Below are positions 1-13,181 of a stretch of DNA of 64,000 nt, piece after piece; the first letter of the stretch is position 1; each line of letters starts with the position of its first letter. Source of the stretch: Ramazzottius varieornatus (Eukaryota; Animalia; Tardigrada); the NCBI GenBank assembly GCA_001949185.1, contig BDGG01000006.1, positions 912,827-976,826 of the forward strand. The letters are read 5' to 3'. The notes under the pieces are model-generated. The model ran no database searches and was not told the origin of the DNA. It was given only the letters and a program-made list of their open reading frames with translations. The position numbers and the translations under genes were made by a program.

Positions 1-1285
1 GTCAAGACCGTAAGCTCTCTGGGGTACCAGACCGCCAGTTTCCATACGTGAACACGAAGAGAAAGTTGCGAGCAGGAAGTTATCCGCCTGTCGTCAATGT
101 CCAACATAATCCCCGCAGATTATGTCGAAGCACCTGTCACTGCTATGGGCTAAATCAGTACACCGATAATTCTCACTTACTGAATACGTCACACGAGCGC
201 TTTCTGCATGGTTGAGCGAGATGGCTGGTGGTTTGCGTCTGGCAAGACATACGTTATCCTTCGTCACGTGACAGCTTGCTATGCTGTAGAGCGGCATCTT
301 TGGCTTTTTTCTACGTTTGCTTGACCACTGGACGTAAACTCTGACGTTCTCCGCACACTCTCTGCTAATTCGGCTATGCGGTGACGTATTCAGGAAGCAA
401 TAATCATTACTGCATTCAGTCAAGTCACACGCACCTTCGGAGTTTATTAGTAAACACTGGGACCTTAGCTTTTCTGCGCTTAACGCTCTGGTTACCGAGC
501 TTTTCGTTTCGGCAGATTACCAGCGTGCTCATTGTGAGCACAGAGCTTTAACTGGTGGAGAAGGCAAGTTCATAAAGGCATTCGCTGAAAAGAAGTTCAT
601 AAAAGCATTCGTTGGAAGCTTTGAGAAGCTGCACAACGCGAGCGAGTTTGGGGCCAACGATAAGACGAACGACTGCTGCTGGCCATGGTGGTTTGATTGG
701 CAGTAATTAGCCCAAGTTAAAAAAGAGCCGGCTCAAATGCAAATCTGACTGACTGGTTGTGCGGAGTGGAGACCCTGCGTTGCCCGGGCACCGATTACGC
801 TTCCCAGTGCTTCGGGTCAGCCAGGGCATTACCGACGGCAATTCGTTCATGTTTGAAATCTACGGGTGATCTTCTTCGTGAATCGTGATTCACGAACGAA
901 GCCCCCCCTTCGTTTCGTGAATCGCGAGCCCAATTACACATCTTGAATTTCTAAACTTGTCCAAATACAATCGTTCTGTCCATACTGTCGTTTGCTCAAA
1001 CCAGCTGCAAAGTGCAACTTCTCTATTATTGTGCGATTTTAGACCGTGGACAAAATTTCTCTAAGCGGTTTTGGCTCATTCGCCTGATCCCACACTGTAG
1101 GGTGATTCATCGCAAGCAATAACCGAGAGCCTGACATACAGTCTGAGGCGGCCAAGTGACTACCACTTAAAACAAAGCGCTATAAAAAATCCCTGTACTT
1201 AATTTTGTACCATCTCAGCTGATTTCATGATCCATTTTCAACGCCGCATCTTTTGAGAGATCCGTTCAAGAAGTTTGCTTTCAAT

Positions 1286-2324
1286 ATGCCTCCGAAAACT
1301 AGTGCTGAAACGAGAGCCGTAGTGACGGCGCCACACTCTCAGCGATCGTCGTTGAAGGAAAGCTCCGCTCGACTTTCAAGCCTCCGGAATCCAATCCATT
1401 ACAAAATGATTGGCAAGTTGATCAGATGAGAAGGAAACAAGAAGATCGGATGGGCCAAACCGGAGAAAGACTCGCTCCACAGAATGTTCCCACGATGCGC
1501 TCCAAGGACAATATCAGAAGAGTTGAGAATTCAGTTCTGAAAAAGAATCCGGATTCCCAACGGAAGCTTGCCCGTAAGCTCGGATGTTCCCAGCGCACTG
1601 TAGGCCGGATCATCCACGAAGATCTTGGCTTGAACGCGCGCAAGAAAAAGAAGGTTCACCACTTGACGGAAGCGCAGAAGAAACAGAGGTGTCTGTGAGG
1701 TAACAGGGTCAGGAAGATCTTCACCATGGATGAAACATGGATCAACCTTGATGACTGTAACAGTGAAGGAGAGCATTACTGCACCGATGGATTTTTGGAA
1801 GTCCCAGACGAGAAGCGTAAAAGCCGCTGAAGCACTGGCCCAAGAAAATCATGGTCGCCATTGGAATCTGCTGGAACGGAATGTCGAAGCCTTACCTCGT
1901 TGGTGGCAATGCGAAAGTTACAGCGCAGTACTTCATCAACAATGTCCTGTCGCCGATGGTAGAGTAGGACATTCCCCGACTTTATGCCAAAAATTCGCAA
2001 CAAGTTTGGCTGTATTTCGACAGTGCAAAGTCGCAGGTGGCGATCCTGACCCCGAACTGGATGGAAGAGAACCATCCGAACTACATTCCAGAGTACCACT
2101 GGATGGCCAAAAGCCCCGACTTAGCTCCGTTGGATTATGCCGTAAATGAAATTTTGAAAAAAACTTTGGGTAGACGGATGATCAACATAGCCGGTCTGAG
2201 CAAGGTTCTCAAAGTGTGCGAGAACTTCGATCTCAGAGTCATCCGCAAGTCCCTTCTGTCACGGGAAGGACGGGTTCAGAAGATGCTGGATACGAAGGGG
2301 AATCAAGTGGAGATAGATGGATAA
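1286..2324 (+). pseudogene. Frameshifted mariner-family transposase
   Basis: HTH-like SQRKLARKLGCSQRTVGRIIHEDLG, IFTMDETW (first D), YFDSA (second D) and HWMAKSPDLAPLDY (third D, 37 residues after the second). Spread over several frames with stops. Confidence 0.9.
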
Positions 2325-2330
2325 TATTAA

Positions 2331-2856
2331 CACCCTGATTACCACCGTACTCACTGTGAGTACAATACGGCACTTTTTCGCTCCCCATAATTTCCATTTT
2401 TCCCGGTTTGAATTAAACTTTTTTTCATTGCCTGGTCAACGGTCTCATCACCGAAACGCAGCTGATGACCAATGGTCAGTACAACTTCCGCAGGCTGGAA
2501 AAAATCCTTACGATTTCGGGCAGTTCCGGGAGTATTTTAGGTTTCCTGTCTTTGCTCGAGATACATAGCTACCATCTGTGTAGAAAAAAATGAAATACTA
2601 AGGAGAGCTTCCTCTGCCGATACTAGGCTTGGGACAAACTTGGTGTCATCGGTGCGTGCAGAAAACAATCAAAACGGCCAGGGCTATTTTTCCCATGTTG
2701 GCCTTTGCGGCCTGCCAATCTCCACAATTTCGAAATTCTGAAAGTTGTCTATTGGTTAATTTGGGTTACGCCTTCCAATTTCCTCCAGTTAAAGTTCTGT
2801 GCTCACTGTGAGTACGCTGGTAATTTGCCGACACAAAAAGGTTGGTATTCAGGGTG
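2331..2856. mobile_element. Non-autonomous MITE flanked by TTAA (piggyBac-like target), nested in the mariner
   Basis: TTAA|CACCCTGATTACCA ... TGGTATTCAGGGTG|TTAA; subterminal palindrome GT(A/G)CTCACTGTGAGTAC at 2347 and 2799. Confidence 0.75.
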
Positions 2857-2984
2857 TTAACTTCATTTTTGAATGTACAGGAATTTTTTTAAGAGGTGGT
2901 AGTCACTTGGTCGCCTCGGACTGTGAATCGAGCATATGGGCCGAAACCGAACTCAACCGCTCCAGAAGCTCCGTAATAGCTGTT

Positions 2985-3729
2985 AACTACACCCTGAGTG
3001 CGCCAAACTGGCTACCACCTGTCATGTCAACTTTTTCTCGACGCGATTGTGGCTTGGGTTTCAGATCAGTTTTCCCTGATTCAACATCCTGTTTGCTACC
3101 TCTCCAAAAATTAATGGTCAAAAATCCGTTTACAAAAAGTCGGAATCAAAATTAAACTAGGGAGGCGCGAAGTGAAAATTGCAACAGCTTCAGAAAAATT
3201 TGTGGCCGTGTTCGGAAAAATTTTTTTTCAGTTCTCTGCTGTCGTCCCACAGTTCTGTTGCTGGAAATAATCAAAATGAAATTGATTTACAGGAAAGTGG
3301 GTGGAGAATATGAATCTGACGTTTGGAAAAGATCTAGCAATTTTTCCACCAGAGGAAGTTTTCCTGCAGAATGTGAAACTTTGGCGTTTTTGATTCTGTT
3401 GTCGAGTTAGTGCGGAACTTTCCTGCTCTTTCTTCATTTTTTCTGACCACCAACGTGGGTGTGGGTTTGTTCACGTCAGTATGGGGATGAAATCTTCCAC
3501 CCGGAATTTTTGCAGACAGCGTTCTACCTGCTGCGGTATGTCTTCCCCACCGGAAGTCATACTGCTCAACTTTTTCAATTTCCCATTATAATAAGAACTA
3601 TCATAGCTCAGTCGAAGCAGCTGTAAAAGTTTCACGGAACCTGTGGAAGCATGAATGCTAGGGTCGTACTCTGAATTTTCCTCGCCGAAATGCTAGGTGG
3701 TAGCAAGTTGGCGCACTCAGGGTGCAGTT
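2985..3729. mobile_element. MITE-like element with about 35-bp terminal inverted repeats
   Basis: AACTACACCCTGAGTGCGCCAAACTGGCTACCACCT (2985-3020) versus AGGTGGTAGCAAGTTGGCGCACTCAGGGTGCAGTT (3696-3729); AT-rich non-coding interior. Confidence 0.7.
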
Positions 3730-6700
3730 TGCCCGCTTTAGTGTACCTGAGAATGTGCGGACGAATCTGCCCCGGAGAAATGACTTGGAGAGGGTTACCG
3801 GTTTGACCTTCACGGTACCTGATTTTTGCAGAGTACTTGGACCAGGAAGCGTCTCATGACCACATTCTACCTTTGTCGAAATGGAATGCGACTGTTCCTT
3901 CGTCTTCAAGCTTCATGATCATGCAGTCAGACTGTGACCTTGTGATACTGTATATGCTGGTTACGCACCATTCACAACGTATCTGACTTCTTCCGGATCA
4001 ATAAAAGCACTGTGGCACTCCGACACGGCACTATTGGGACATAATTGCTCTGCACAGCTCGAGTCGGGCTACCTTCAGATAGTGAATCATGCTGGTACTG
4101 TTGTTTGGCAAGCAGGAGGACCTTACAATGAAAGTGCGCTTCATGACTTGTGTCGGGAAAACTACAACGTTACCGGTCGCGCCCGAAAACGAGTTTACGC
4201 GTGATTTTACCCCATGTCAAACTACAAACGCTCCAGTAAATGTGACATCTGATGGCAAACCACCATTCGCGGACGTCGATGCTTTGCCCAGCGCTATTAC
4301 CTCTGGCGGACGGCGTGATTCTTCCTTACCCTTCAAACGACCGTCATTTATCGAACGAATCCTACTCCCTTTGCTCTGCATTTTGACATACATTTTGCAA
4401 TGAATCAGAGCCATACTTGAACTTTCTTGATTACACTTCTAACGATATGACAAGTCACTATGATGCCCCGATTATATATACTCCAAATCGACAAACATCT
4501 GAAAGTGGTCACTAAATGTGCTTGCCTTTACTGTCTTAAGTAGAAAAACTGTCACCTGATGCACCCCTCAAAGTCGAGTAGGGACAGCTATCAAGCCAGC
4601 CAACTTGTACAGAGCAGCCGGAAGACTCACCAGTTTCGGATTGGTATTTTTGAAGGGTCTGGACCATTGTCACCGCCTCAGACCGCCTAAACATTTTTGA
4701 CACCGCCATCGATCGGTATGGATTCAAGATGAGGGCTACAGTGGAGCTATCATGTGAAGGTTCGAAACATTTGCTCTTCCCGAACCCGCGGAAGAAGAAA
4801 AATTGGTTGACAATATGAGGTTTTGAAGCACTTTTTTCCCACCAGGCAGGTTTTCGAACTAGACTTCATTTACCAAATGCGAACTGGTTTCCCTCTTGTC
4901 GTTGTACGTTTTGATGCAAAATACGGATTTCAAAAGCACTGGAGCCGACAAAAGTACTTTTTTGACAGAGACGTCACCATTATCAAAATTGTAGCGCAAA
5001 CAGAAACGGTTTCAGCACTTGACCGTAAGGCAGAAGTCGAGCTTCCCTATGCTCAAACGAAAGATAAGATCGCTCTCTATGTTTCGTGAAGAGGGGGGAT
5101 CATATTGTCGCTTTTATCCGGAGATAAAAATTTTCAAAATAGGCATTCAGAAAACCGCAAATTCATATTGCAGGACCTACGGAGTTCCTTTCATATGGGG
5201 AGCGTTAAAAACAAACCTTAAATCTCACAAAAATTTCGAAAACCGCTTTTCTTAGCCCCATCCCATAGAGAAAAAAACAACTGCATCGTACTAGGCCACG
5301 CCGCAAAAGACGGCAAACAGGAATTTGGTAAGAAAAGTTTGGCGGCACCGTGGTAACGACTGGCGGCAAAAAAAGGGAAAGACTCGATTTCCGAAAAATC
5401 TAAATAAATTCGAAATTCAGGGTTGCTCTTTGACACTACCCGTACTCTAATAACTCTACAGTAGTACCAATCGCACATGCATGCAAAGTGGCTGTAATGG
5501 GATGAAAATCAATGATATTCCGTGTGATCCCGCAGGCTGCTCGGAATCGTATGCGTCCATGTCAGACTGCGACTCTGAGAGGACGAACATACGAATACTC
5601 TTGGACAATACTCATTTTAAACTGCGTCCTAAGCGGCTGGCGTAACAAATCGCTGTTGTAATGCGAGACCTGACCGCAGTCAATTGTGTTTTGGGCGGTC
5701 TTGCAACATTCAGGGGGATGTCTGTGGAAACGTGAACTGCCTTTTTCCTCCCTCTGCTTTCACCACCGAGCAGCGGCAAACCGGTGTTTCTCACACAACT
5801 GGACAATATTCAGCGGAGTGTCAGCGCTACCACTTTGAATCCTTGGCGACTAGATCCTTTCTTCTGTACCCCACTTTGCAAAGTCCCCGAGGTCGAGGCC
5901 TAGGCCTAGGTCTTGCATTTGTTTTTTGCTGTAGTAATATCCTATACAAGTCACTGTGCTTGGCCCCGAAAGGTGCATGTCAGATAAATTTGTTCTTGTT
6001 TAATTTCGTCGTACTTCGTTCTCCGGTATCTAAAGGAGCCTTTCTTTGTGCATTTGCAAAACAATTTCGCATGGTGGTTGCTGCAAAAGTTCTCACGGTT
6101 TGAAGAACTTGAGAGTCATCTTAGCAGTAACGCTGCATCTCAGTCGCCATGCTCAACCGCCTCTCTAGGGTTGTAAAACAAAAACTTTGCAGTCAGGGCA
6201 AAATAATGCATCCGTACGGGAAAAGCCGGCCTTCTGGCGGAACAGACTGTCCAGAACCTACAGCTTTCCCATTTCATATCGGCCGACAACATTCTCCATT
6301 GCAACATGCTTAATACCAGAACAGAAGTGGCATCTACCTGGACTAAACGAAGAAGACCCACGAATTTTGATATTTACCCCAAAGCCACGGTGTTTGCTTC
6401 GAACACCCCTGAAAAATGCGATCCACGACATGATAGGGCGAGAAGCAGATTGTCTTTAAATGCGGTACTGTCCTCGTTTAAACCGTGCAGCGTATGACAC
6501 CGATGCACGCCAAACGACTTTTATCCTTTGCGGAACTGCGAAAGGAAAGACAGCACGCAAAACGCCCAAAACCGAGCGGGGTCAGATACCGGTCCGCCGC
6601 AAAAGGAAACGCGGCTGATTCGATCAGTCGGAGAATAACAGGGTAGGCTGGACGACGATGGAGCACTTCATTACATGGATCATGTGCCATATCAAGAATT

Positions 6701-7985
6701 CCCCATTCTACTTCGTAACTGTCGGGCAAAAGCGTATCAAAAATGTCTTGATTAACTACGAGAACAGCGGTGTGAAAACCAAGGCCTTGCATAAAGTATT
6801 CGAAATCAAGGACGGAAAACTACGCAGAGCCTCTGAAATTTGAGTACGAACATCAGTCAAAAAAGGGGGCAAAACAAAGTTGTCGTATCGTGTTGCTCAA
6901 GCGTCAATCGAGTGGAATGGATGACCACGCCCATCAACTGCTGGCTCTCAGTCGCTAAAACTTCGAACGCATTTTTAAACCGATTTTTTTCTCATGTTAT
7001 AACTCATAAAAGACCCATAAAATTTCTGCCAATGCATGGGAAAGCAGGTACAGAAGCGACATATCGTCATCATCAATCTCGCGTGAAGGGGCAATGAATC
7101 ACTAATAAACAAACTAATCGAAGTCCAGAACCAAAGGCGCATGTTCCGCCAACACAGGGCCCTCTCAAAGTCCGCCGGTCCATTGCCCTTTCATTTGGGC
7201 TGGAAACTTCTACTGAATGTTTCGACTCACGCGGTGCTCAAAAGGTAGGCCAAGCGCAATAAGGAAGACTGTCAGGAAAATAAACCGCTGTTTTTTTACG
7301 ACTCTAATGTGTGCTGTGATTACGGGTCGATCGTGCACTGCAATGAGGTCAAAGTTTATACGAAAGAAGGGCGTCCAGTCTGACAGGTAAGAATCAAAGG
7401 GTGGCCTTCCTTATGTTTTAAAACTGAGCGCACTTAGCTCAACTTGTTTGCGGTTCTGAAACAGGCTATCGTATCAAATCTGGCCACACCCGTTCACAAT
7501 GACTGTACCCGTCCGCGCTAGAGACTCATCAAAGCAACGACTTCAAGAGCACGAGTGCAGGGACCTGGCTGATCCCCATGATCGAAACGGAGTCGTCTCC
7601 TGCCTTCGACAATGGTCAGATTCGACGCCTGACATGCCGTCCGACCATCTGTAATGCCGGTGTGTTGTGCTACGATCCCATTCTAACCGGGCAAAGTTGT
7701 GGAAAGTACGACTTTCTAACGGAGAACCAAATACCGATCATTATCCGGCGTCTGTTTTAAACTTACCTGGCGGAGACTGAGGTGGACTCTGGCTGGCGTT
7801 CGAGGCGCTCCAACGACATCATGCTGAAACAGACGCAGCTCTTCCAGAAGTACCACCGAGTCCAGGTTCGATCCCTTCTTCTTCCTTCCAAAGTCGGATC
7901 ATCAGCAAGTTATCTCAACTTATCGTCATTTCATCCGACAGTGAACGACAATAAACTGATAAAGTGTTCATCCCGCTTGCCAACT

Positions 7986-8012
7986 CTAGTCTCTAGTCTC
8001 TAGTCTCTAGTC
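7986..8012. repeat. Short tandem repeat (CTAGTCT)n, about 4 units
   Basis: ctagtctctagtctctagtctctagtc seen directly. Confidence 0.8.
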
Positions 8013-8425
8013 AAATCGAAGTCACTCTTACGCTACGGTACTTCACGAGTGGTAGTTATAGCCCATCAACCATACCAACTGTTCCAACCTGTTCAGGCGG
8101 AGTATCCTACCTCCTTATCCTAATGTCACCTCAGCGTCGCCCAGCACAGCACGTAAAGGGAGACAACGAATCTTCGCTTTTTTCCTTCTGAAATTAATAT
8201 GAATCCTTTCTGTCGTGACAAAAGATAAAACTTTCTGAAAAATGAATCCGAGCATAAGCTCGTCTGAACGGAGTGATAATTATATCAAATTCAATATAAC
8301 CAGAGGCTATTTTATCGCAACAAGAGCATATCAGGGAAAGTCATCGCCGTCGAATACTACATCAGAGAATACTAGCAACAATAATAACAATCTCTTCTCG
8401 ACTCTGAGCTCCAGCTGAAGTACAT

Positions 8426-10919
8426 TCAGGGCGGTGAGTGGCGTTGTCTGTGGAAACTGAAGGAATGGAGGGAGACGGGCGAGGACGAATATTCAAAGCG
8501 GCGCTCCAACTCGCGCAGGGAACTGCTAGATGGCGCACTGGAGGGTGTGCCGGGTAATACTGCTTCGGGGTGACGCTTCATGTGCAACGCCAGATGATCT
8601 ACCCAGCGAACAAGCACATGTTCTAGCTTGGCTTTGTTATTTAGCAGTGAGTGAAGCAAAGTGGGTGGACTAGGCTTACCAGATCGAGCGAAGGCACGAT
8701 CGCAGCAGGAGCACTTGAAAGGTTTATCGCCAGTGTGTTTACGGTAGTGGCGAGTGAGCTCGTCCGAGCGCGCGAAACGCCAGTCGCAACCTGCCCACGA
8801 ACACCCATACGGCTTCTCCCCTGCAACCACACATATTGTTGCAGAAACATGTAGGGAAAAAAATAGCAGAAGAAGATCCGGCAGGTTTGGTCCGCAGTCG
8901 TGATTATCAGCCCTACTTTTCCAACAAGCAAACCGCTTAAGAAACAATTCGTAAAATTGGAAAAGCCAGAAAAGCTCAAGATTTTTTGCAATATTGGATA
9001 TCACAGTGTGCGAAACTGAGTAACGGAGTGAATAGGTGGTGATGGTCAACTTCCGACACTTTTCTACTGTACCTACTTTTCTGTAATTTTGTTGGTCACT
9101 TGGGTAACGGTTACGTACCAGTATGGGTGCGGATGTGGGCTTTGAGATGTGAGCTCTTCTTGTACATCTTATGACAGTCTAAAAGTAGGCCGTGGTGTTT
9201 AGTAATCGAGTTTGGCCGTGCGTAATACCAAAAGTCAAGAGGGTGGAGGGCTCTTTGTCAAGTGGGCCAACGTGTTGATGAATAACTCTACTCTGTACTA
9301 ACCGGGGAAGGTGCAGGCGTAGGACCGTCGGGCGTCACCCTCCGTCTGCTTGTCCTCGTAATCGGCTGCCAGTGATGTCGGCGACTCGCTGGCCGGCGTG
9401 GGTGTGTAACCCGTGATGCAGTCCACAAGGCGAGCCGGCTGGTCGTAACGAAAGAAGCGACTGCTGGTCGACGGCAAGTATAGCGTACTCTCCGGCGTGG
9501 GTGGAGCCAGCTCTTCCACCTCCGTCGGACTGTAGATGAAGAGCGACCCACCGTGACCACGGGGACGCACCAAAGCTGGTGCGCTGGGCGGCGACATGCC
9601 CCGCTCAAAATAGCTCGGCGAACCCATTGGACTCAATCGACCTGCGCCACATTTATTTTAGTAATCTGATTACGAAAGTAAACAAACATTTTGGCCGTCA
9701 GAACTGTCTTCCACACTAGTGGATTTTAACTCGGCATCTTTTCAACTTCAAAACTCTGCTACAAGACTCGAGCCAATCGTTTTCTGAAGTGGCGCATCTT
9801 CTCACTATCATTGGCTAGTAGAGTGCGCCACTTAGGATCGTTTTCGCGAGTGGCGCACGTTTCCACTGCTTTGGCTGAAAACGTGCGCCGCTTGAGAAAA
9901 TTGATCCAGTCGAGCTTGTTTCCCAAGCTCCCGTATCCTTTATCGAGGAAAAAGTCGTAGAAAAATGCAGAAAGATGCATCATCAGACACATCAAGTTGC
10001 AATTTTTACCGTGGGTACGACGCAAGTTGAAAATTAAGAGTGGTGTATTTTTTTACCTCCGCGGGTATATGCTTTTCTGGGCGGATACGGTATGGGACTA
10101 CGGACGGGTGGTGGTGAGACGGTGCTTCTCGAGGATTGTAATCGAGCTTGGCGGAACTGCTCTGAAGGTCGCCGATCTGAAGTGGCGCGTTGAATGACGG
10201 AGGCGCGCGTCACTGGGCAGGACAGATCCACCGGTTGATCCACCGACATGGGCTCCACTTTCGGATACATGGGCTCATCTTCGCCTTCCACGTCAATCTA
10301 CAAGCGCAAACAACAATAACGCCCCTTACATCAACAACTTGACGTTCCCCCTCCCAGACCAACCCGCTGCCAATTTAGACAAACTACGTAGAAAAATGCA
10401 ACCGTACGATGATATAACAGAGGTCCCACGGATGAACAGAAAACTGCGTAACCGAGGTTCGATCTTTTAGAAGGTTGTTGTAGTCTCTAACAGCTCGGCC
10501 AGCAAACTCGACGATATCGTTTCAGAAAGCGGCGCACACTCTCGGCCAATAATACTGAGGATGTGCGACCCACTTGAAAAACCAAACCAAATCCGACAAG
10601 ATGTTTTTTTTCAAGTGGTGCACCCCCCTGGCTACAAAATCTCGAAACGCGCGCCACTTGGGAAACAGTCTTACCGAGCTGCCGTTTATTGCCGGATCAC
10701 TTTTGCTGGTATATTTCCAAGTAGTCTTTTGGTGGGTGAACTTACGGGTTCAGAGCGTTCTGGCGAGGGTGAGTCCGATCCGAGGATATTCTCCGTCCGA
10801 CCACGTGCCAGCTCATACAGGTCCCTGTGGAGTAAATGCTTGATCTCATCCAGTGTCGCTTGCACTGTGTAGCGGGTGTGGAACAGGGTTCGTCCATCCT
10901 GGTCCGTAACCGTCAATTG
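8426..10919 (-). CDS. KLF: Kruppel-like factor (three C2H2 fingers, CtBP-binding PVDLS motif; KLF3/8/12-like), 5' end unresolved
   Basis: Phase-consistent exons 10746-10919, 10057-10297, 9303-9641, 9119-9178, 8680-8820, 8426-8598 encode [81 protein letters not shown] and QPVDLS. Confidence 0.93.
9761..9933. mobile_element. GTGGCGCAC-palindrome MITE copy, 2 units (KLF intron)
   Basis: AAGTGGCGCAT-N25-GTGCGCCACTT and GAGTGGCGCAC-N24-GTGCGCCGCTT with arm remnants. Confidence 0.85.
10492..10697. mobile_element. GTGGCGCAC-palindrome MITE copy, 2 units (KLF intron)
   Basis: GCTCGGCCAGCAAACTCGAC arm plus two degenerate hairpin units. Confidence 0.8.
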
Positions 10920-11449
10920 CTACAAACAAAACACACACACACACACACAATTAACAAAAGACAGACAAACTTTTCTGAAAAACCCACAGTGCGAAAGTCT
11001 ACGAGCGATATCTACCAAGAGCCGTTTCGGTGTCAGCGCTTTCATTTTCCTCGGCGACGCCACTTTACGATTATTGCGAACAGACACGGTATTCGGCGAC
11101 ATCGATCAAAAACGCATCAACAAGGAAGTGAAAGGTTCCGCTCGTAAAATCCAGGCTAGTGAAGTCGAGTACCACCGATCAGCCAGATCACAATATCGTA
11201 ACTGGCACAAGAGTACTGTATAATTTCGCCCACAAGCACTGACCGGTTCGAAGCCGCTTGCACAAAGTGAAACGAGCAACTGAACTCTAATCAAGGTGGA
11301 GTAGACACACACACATCATCGTCGGAAACTAGCTAGCCTATCCTCCCAACTTAACAGCCCTCGACGATGATGATGATGTATGACAACGCCCTCGCAGCCG
11401 CAATGTTTGGCATTACAGCACCGTGCGCCATGCATATGAACCACTCCCA

Positions 11450-11453
<4 letters not shown>

Positions 11454-11483
<30 letters not shown>
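11454..11483. repeat. (CA)n microsatellite (a shorter one lies at about 10930-10948)
   Basis: About 15 CA units seen directly. Confidence 0.95.
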
Positions 11484-11485
<2 letters not shown>

Positions 11486-13024
11486 TATCGGACACATTTC
11501 TCACCGCTTCATCATCGTATCCTCCTCTGCATACAATATTTCCCCAGCTGACACCCAAGTCAGGGTGTCAATGCTACTCAATTCTAGGCTTAAGTTCCTC
11601 ACACAGTACAGTACAAGGCAAAAGCTGTGCCAGATGGTCGGCAACGACCACGCCCAATCTCGCTTCCAGTCGAAAATATTACAGCATCCTTTCATTGTTT
11701 CCTAAACGTTAACGGCAATGTCAACAGTAGTTTCTACAGGAGATAATCCCGTTTTCCGGAAATCCCTTCTCAGTGGCTAACTTCTACGGTTTCTTCCAGA
11801 TTGTATCCTGCCGTGTGACTGTGCCAAGATTGTTTACTCCACTCTATTGCACACTCACAAAAGCAAGCCACCTCCTAATAATGCATACCGGACATTACAT
11901 CATACTCAAACAATGGTCAAAATTATCCGTGTTTGCACATAAGTCACTGCCCGCTGTTCCGCCTCAGCTGCTGTGGCATCTGGCATACCCTTGCCAGCCA
12001 AGCTACGTCGTAAAAAGATCCTTGCGAATGGCTACACCCACAAACGTCTCTAAATTCGAAGCTCCAGCTATCAATAAAACAATGCTCCGATATTGGCTGT
12101 TTCCACAAAACCACGCTCTGTTCGCAATTACCGAAAAGCAGTTCGCGAAGTGGTTTTTTTTCCTGCTTTTTGAAAGCTAATGGGCGTCGGCTGACAGCCA
12201 TGCGAAAAAGCAGATCCACTTTTTTCGATGGGCGTGCTCTTGGCAGTGTTGACGGCAGGCTAACCCATGCGGAACATTTCACCAAGTCGAATTCACGATT
12301 ATGAGCTGACTTTGACTGTCTCGCCAACACTGCGTTCCGGGAAGGACCTTAGTCTGCAACACGTGTGAGTAACGAGAAACATAGTCAGAAGGGAAAATTG
12401 GTCGTTAACGATCAAGGCGTACTTTCGCACTTGACGAGATCGACCTCTTACTCGACGCATCCGCTCTGTCTATTCGACGTTTAACCCTGCTGTAACGAAT
12501 TAACATAAGCTGCCCTCTCGGAAAGCCCATCACCCATCTGAACAACAGTCCGGCAACAGCCACTAATATCTTCCCCGAAGAACCCTGTTTCACAGTAGCC
12601 CATTAACCTTTTAGCCTCTTTGCTTCGCTCTAGCTCACGTGCTGTCTCAGTAATCCGCTGTACGAAGAAAGTGAATTTCAAAAAGCCAAGCTGGATAAGC
12701 TGTTATCAAAAATGGGTTCGATGCGCGGAAAGGCGAGACTGAGACATCTCGTGATCGGAGATTCCCTTGACTCTTTTATTACCTATTCAGCGAGCCCCCG
12801 CTGAGGTCGTGCCTGGGAGAGCAAAGTTCAAGCATGAAGAGTGGATATCGCATGTAGGCACAGTCCGCCACATACCAACGATCGCTTCCCGCCTGCCTAA
12901 CGACGTTTCCGGTGGTAGATCTCACCTGCACCTTTCTCTAAAACCTGACAATCGTAAAGAAAGAAATTTCCCGGTGACGCTCCGTCCGTTTGACCAGTTG
13001 TAAGGCCGGAAAACAGAACGTATA

Positions 13025-13181
13025 AAATCTTCATCCCAAGTGACGCACGCTTCCAGCCAATAACAATGGAGAGCGCGTCACTTGGGAGAACGATACGAAG
13101 TGGCGCACGCTGCTAGCAAATACCACCAAAGGCGTGCGCCACTTGAGATATCAATCTTACACGTCTCGTTCGCTGCCTCCC
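13025..13181. mobile_element. GTGGCGCAC-palindrome MITE copy, 2 units
   Basis: CAAGTGACGCAC-N24-GCGCGTCACTTG and AAGTGGCGCAC-N25-GTGCGCCACTTG. Confidence 0.85.

Larger units (their letters stand above)
1139..2923 (+). mobile_element. Decayed Tc1/mariner DNA transposon (DD37D, maT-like), about 1.25 kb once the nested MITE is removed
   Basis: TA then CAGTCTGAGGCGGCCAAGTGACTACCAC at 1139 is inverted-matched by GTGGTAGTCACTTGGTCGCCTCGGACTG ending at 2923; transposase fragments lie inside. Confidence 0.9.

Noticed and set aside
565-620. Small direct duplications (about 27 bp here, 14 bp at about 32338-32370) and a 17-bp hairpin at about 14087-14103
   Set aside because: Isolated slippage-scale events with no wider pattern.
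3750-7500. Short ORFs and AT-rich TE-like sequence
   Set aside because: No recognisable domain, TIR pair or consistent exon chain.
7759-8012. U1 snRNA (AAACTTACCTGGC) or tRNA-derived SINE (GGTTCGATCCC plus tandem tail)
   Set aside because: No U1 loop I/II motifs or Sm site, and no cloverleaf or properly spaced A-box. The motif is equally a minus-strand splice donor of an unidentifiable exon.
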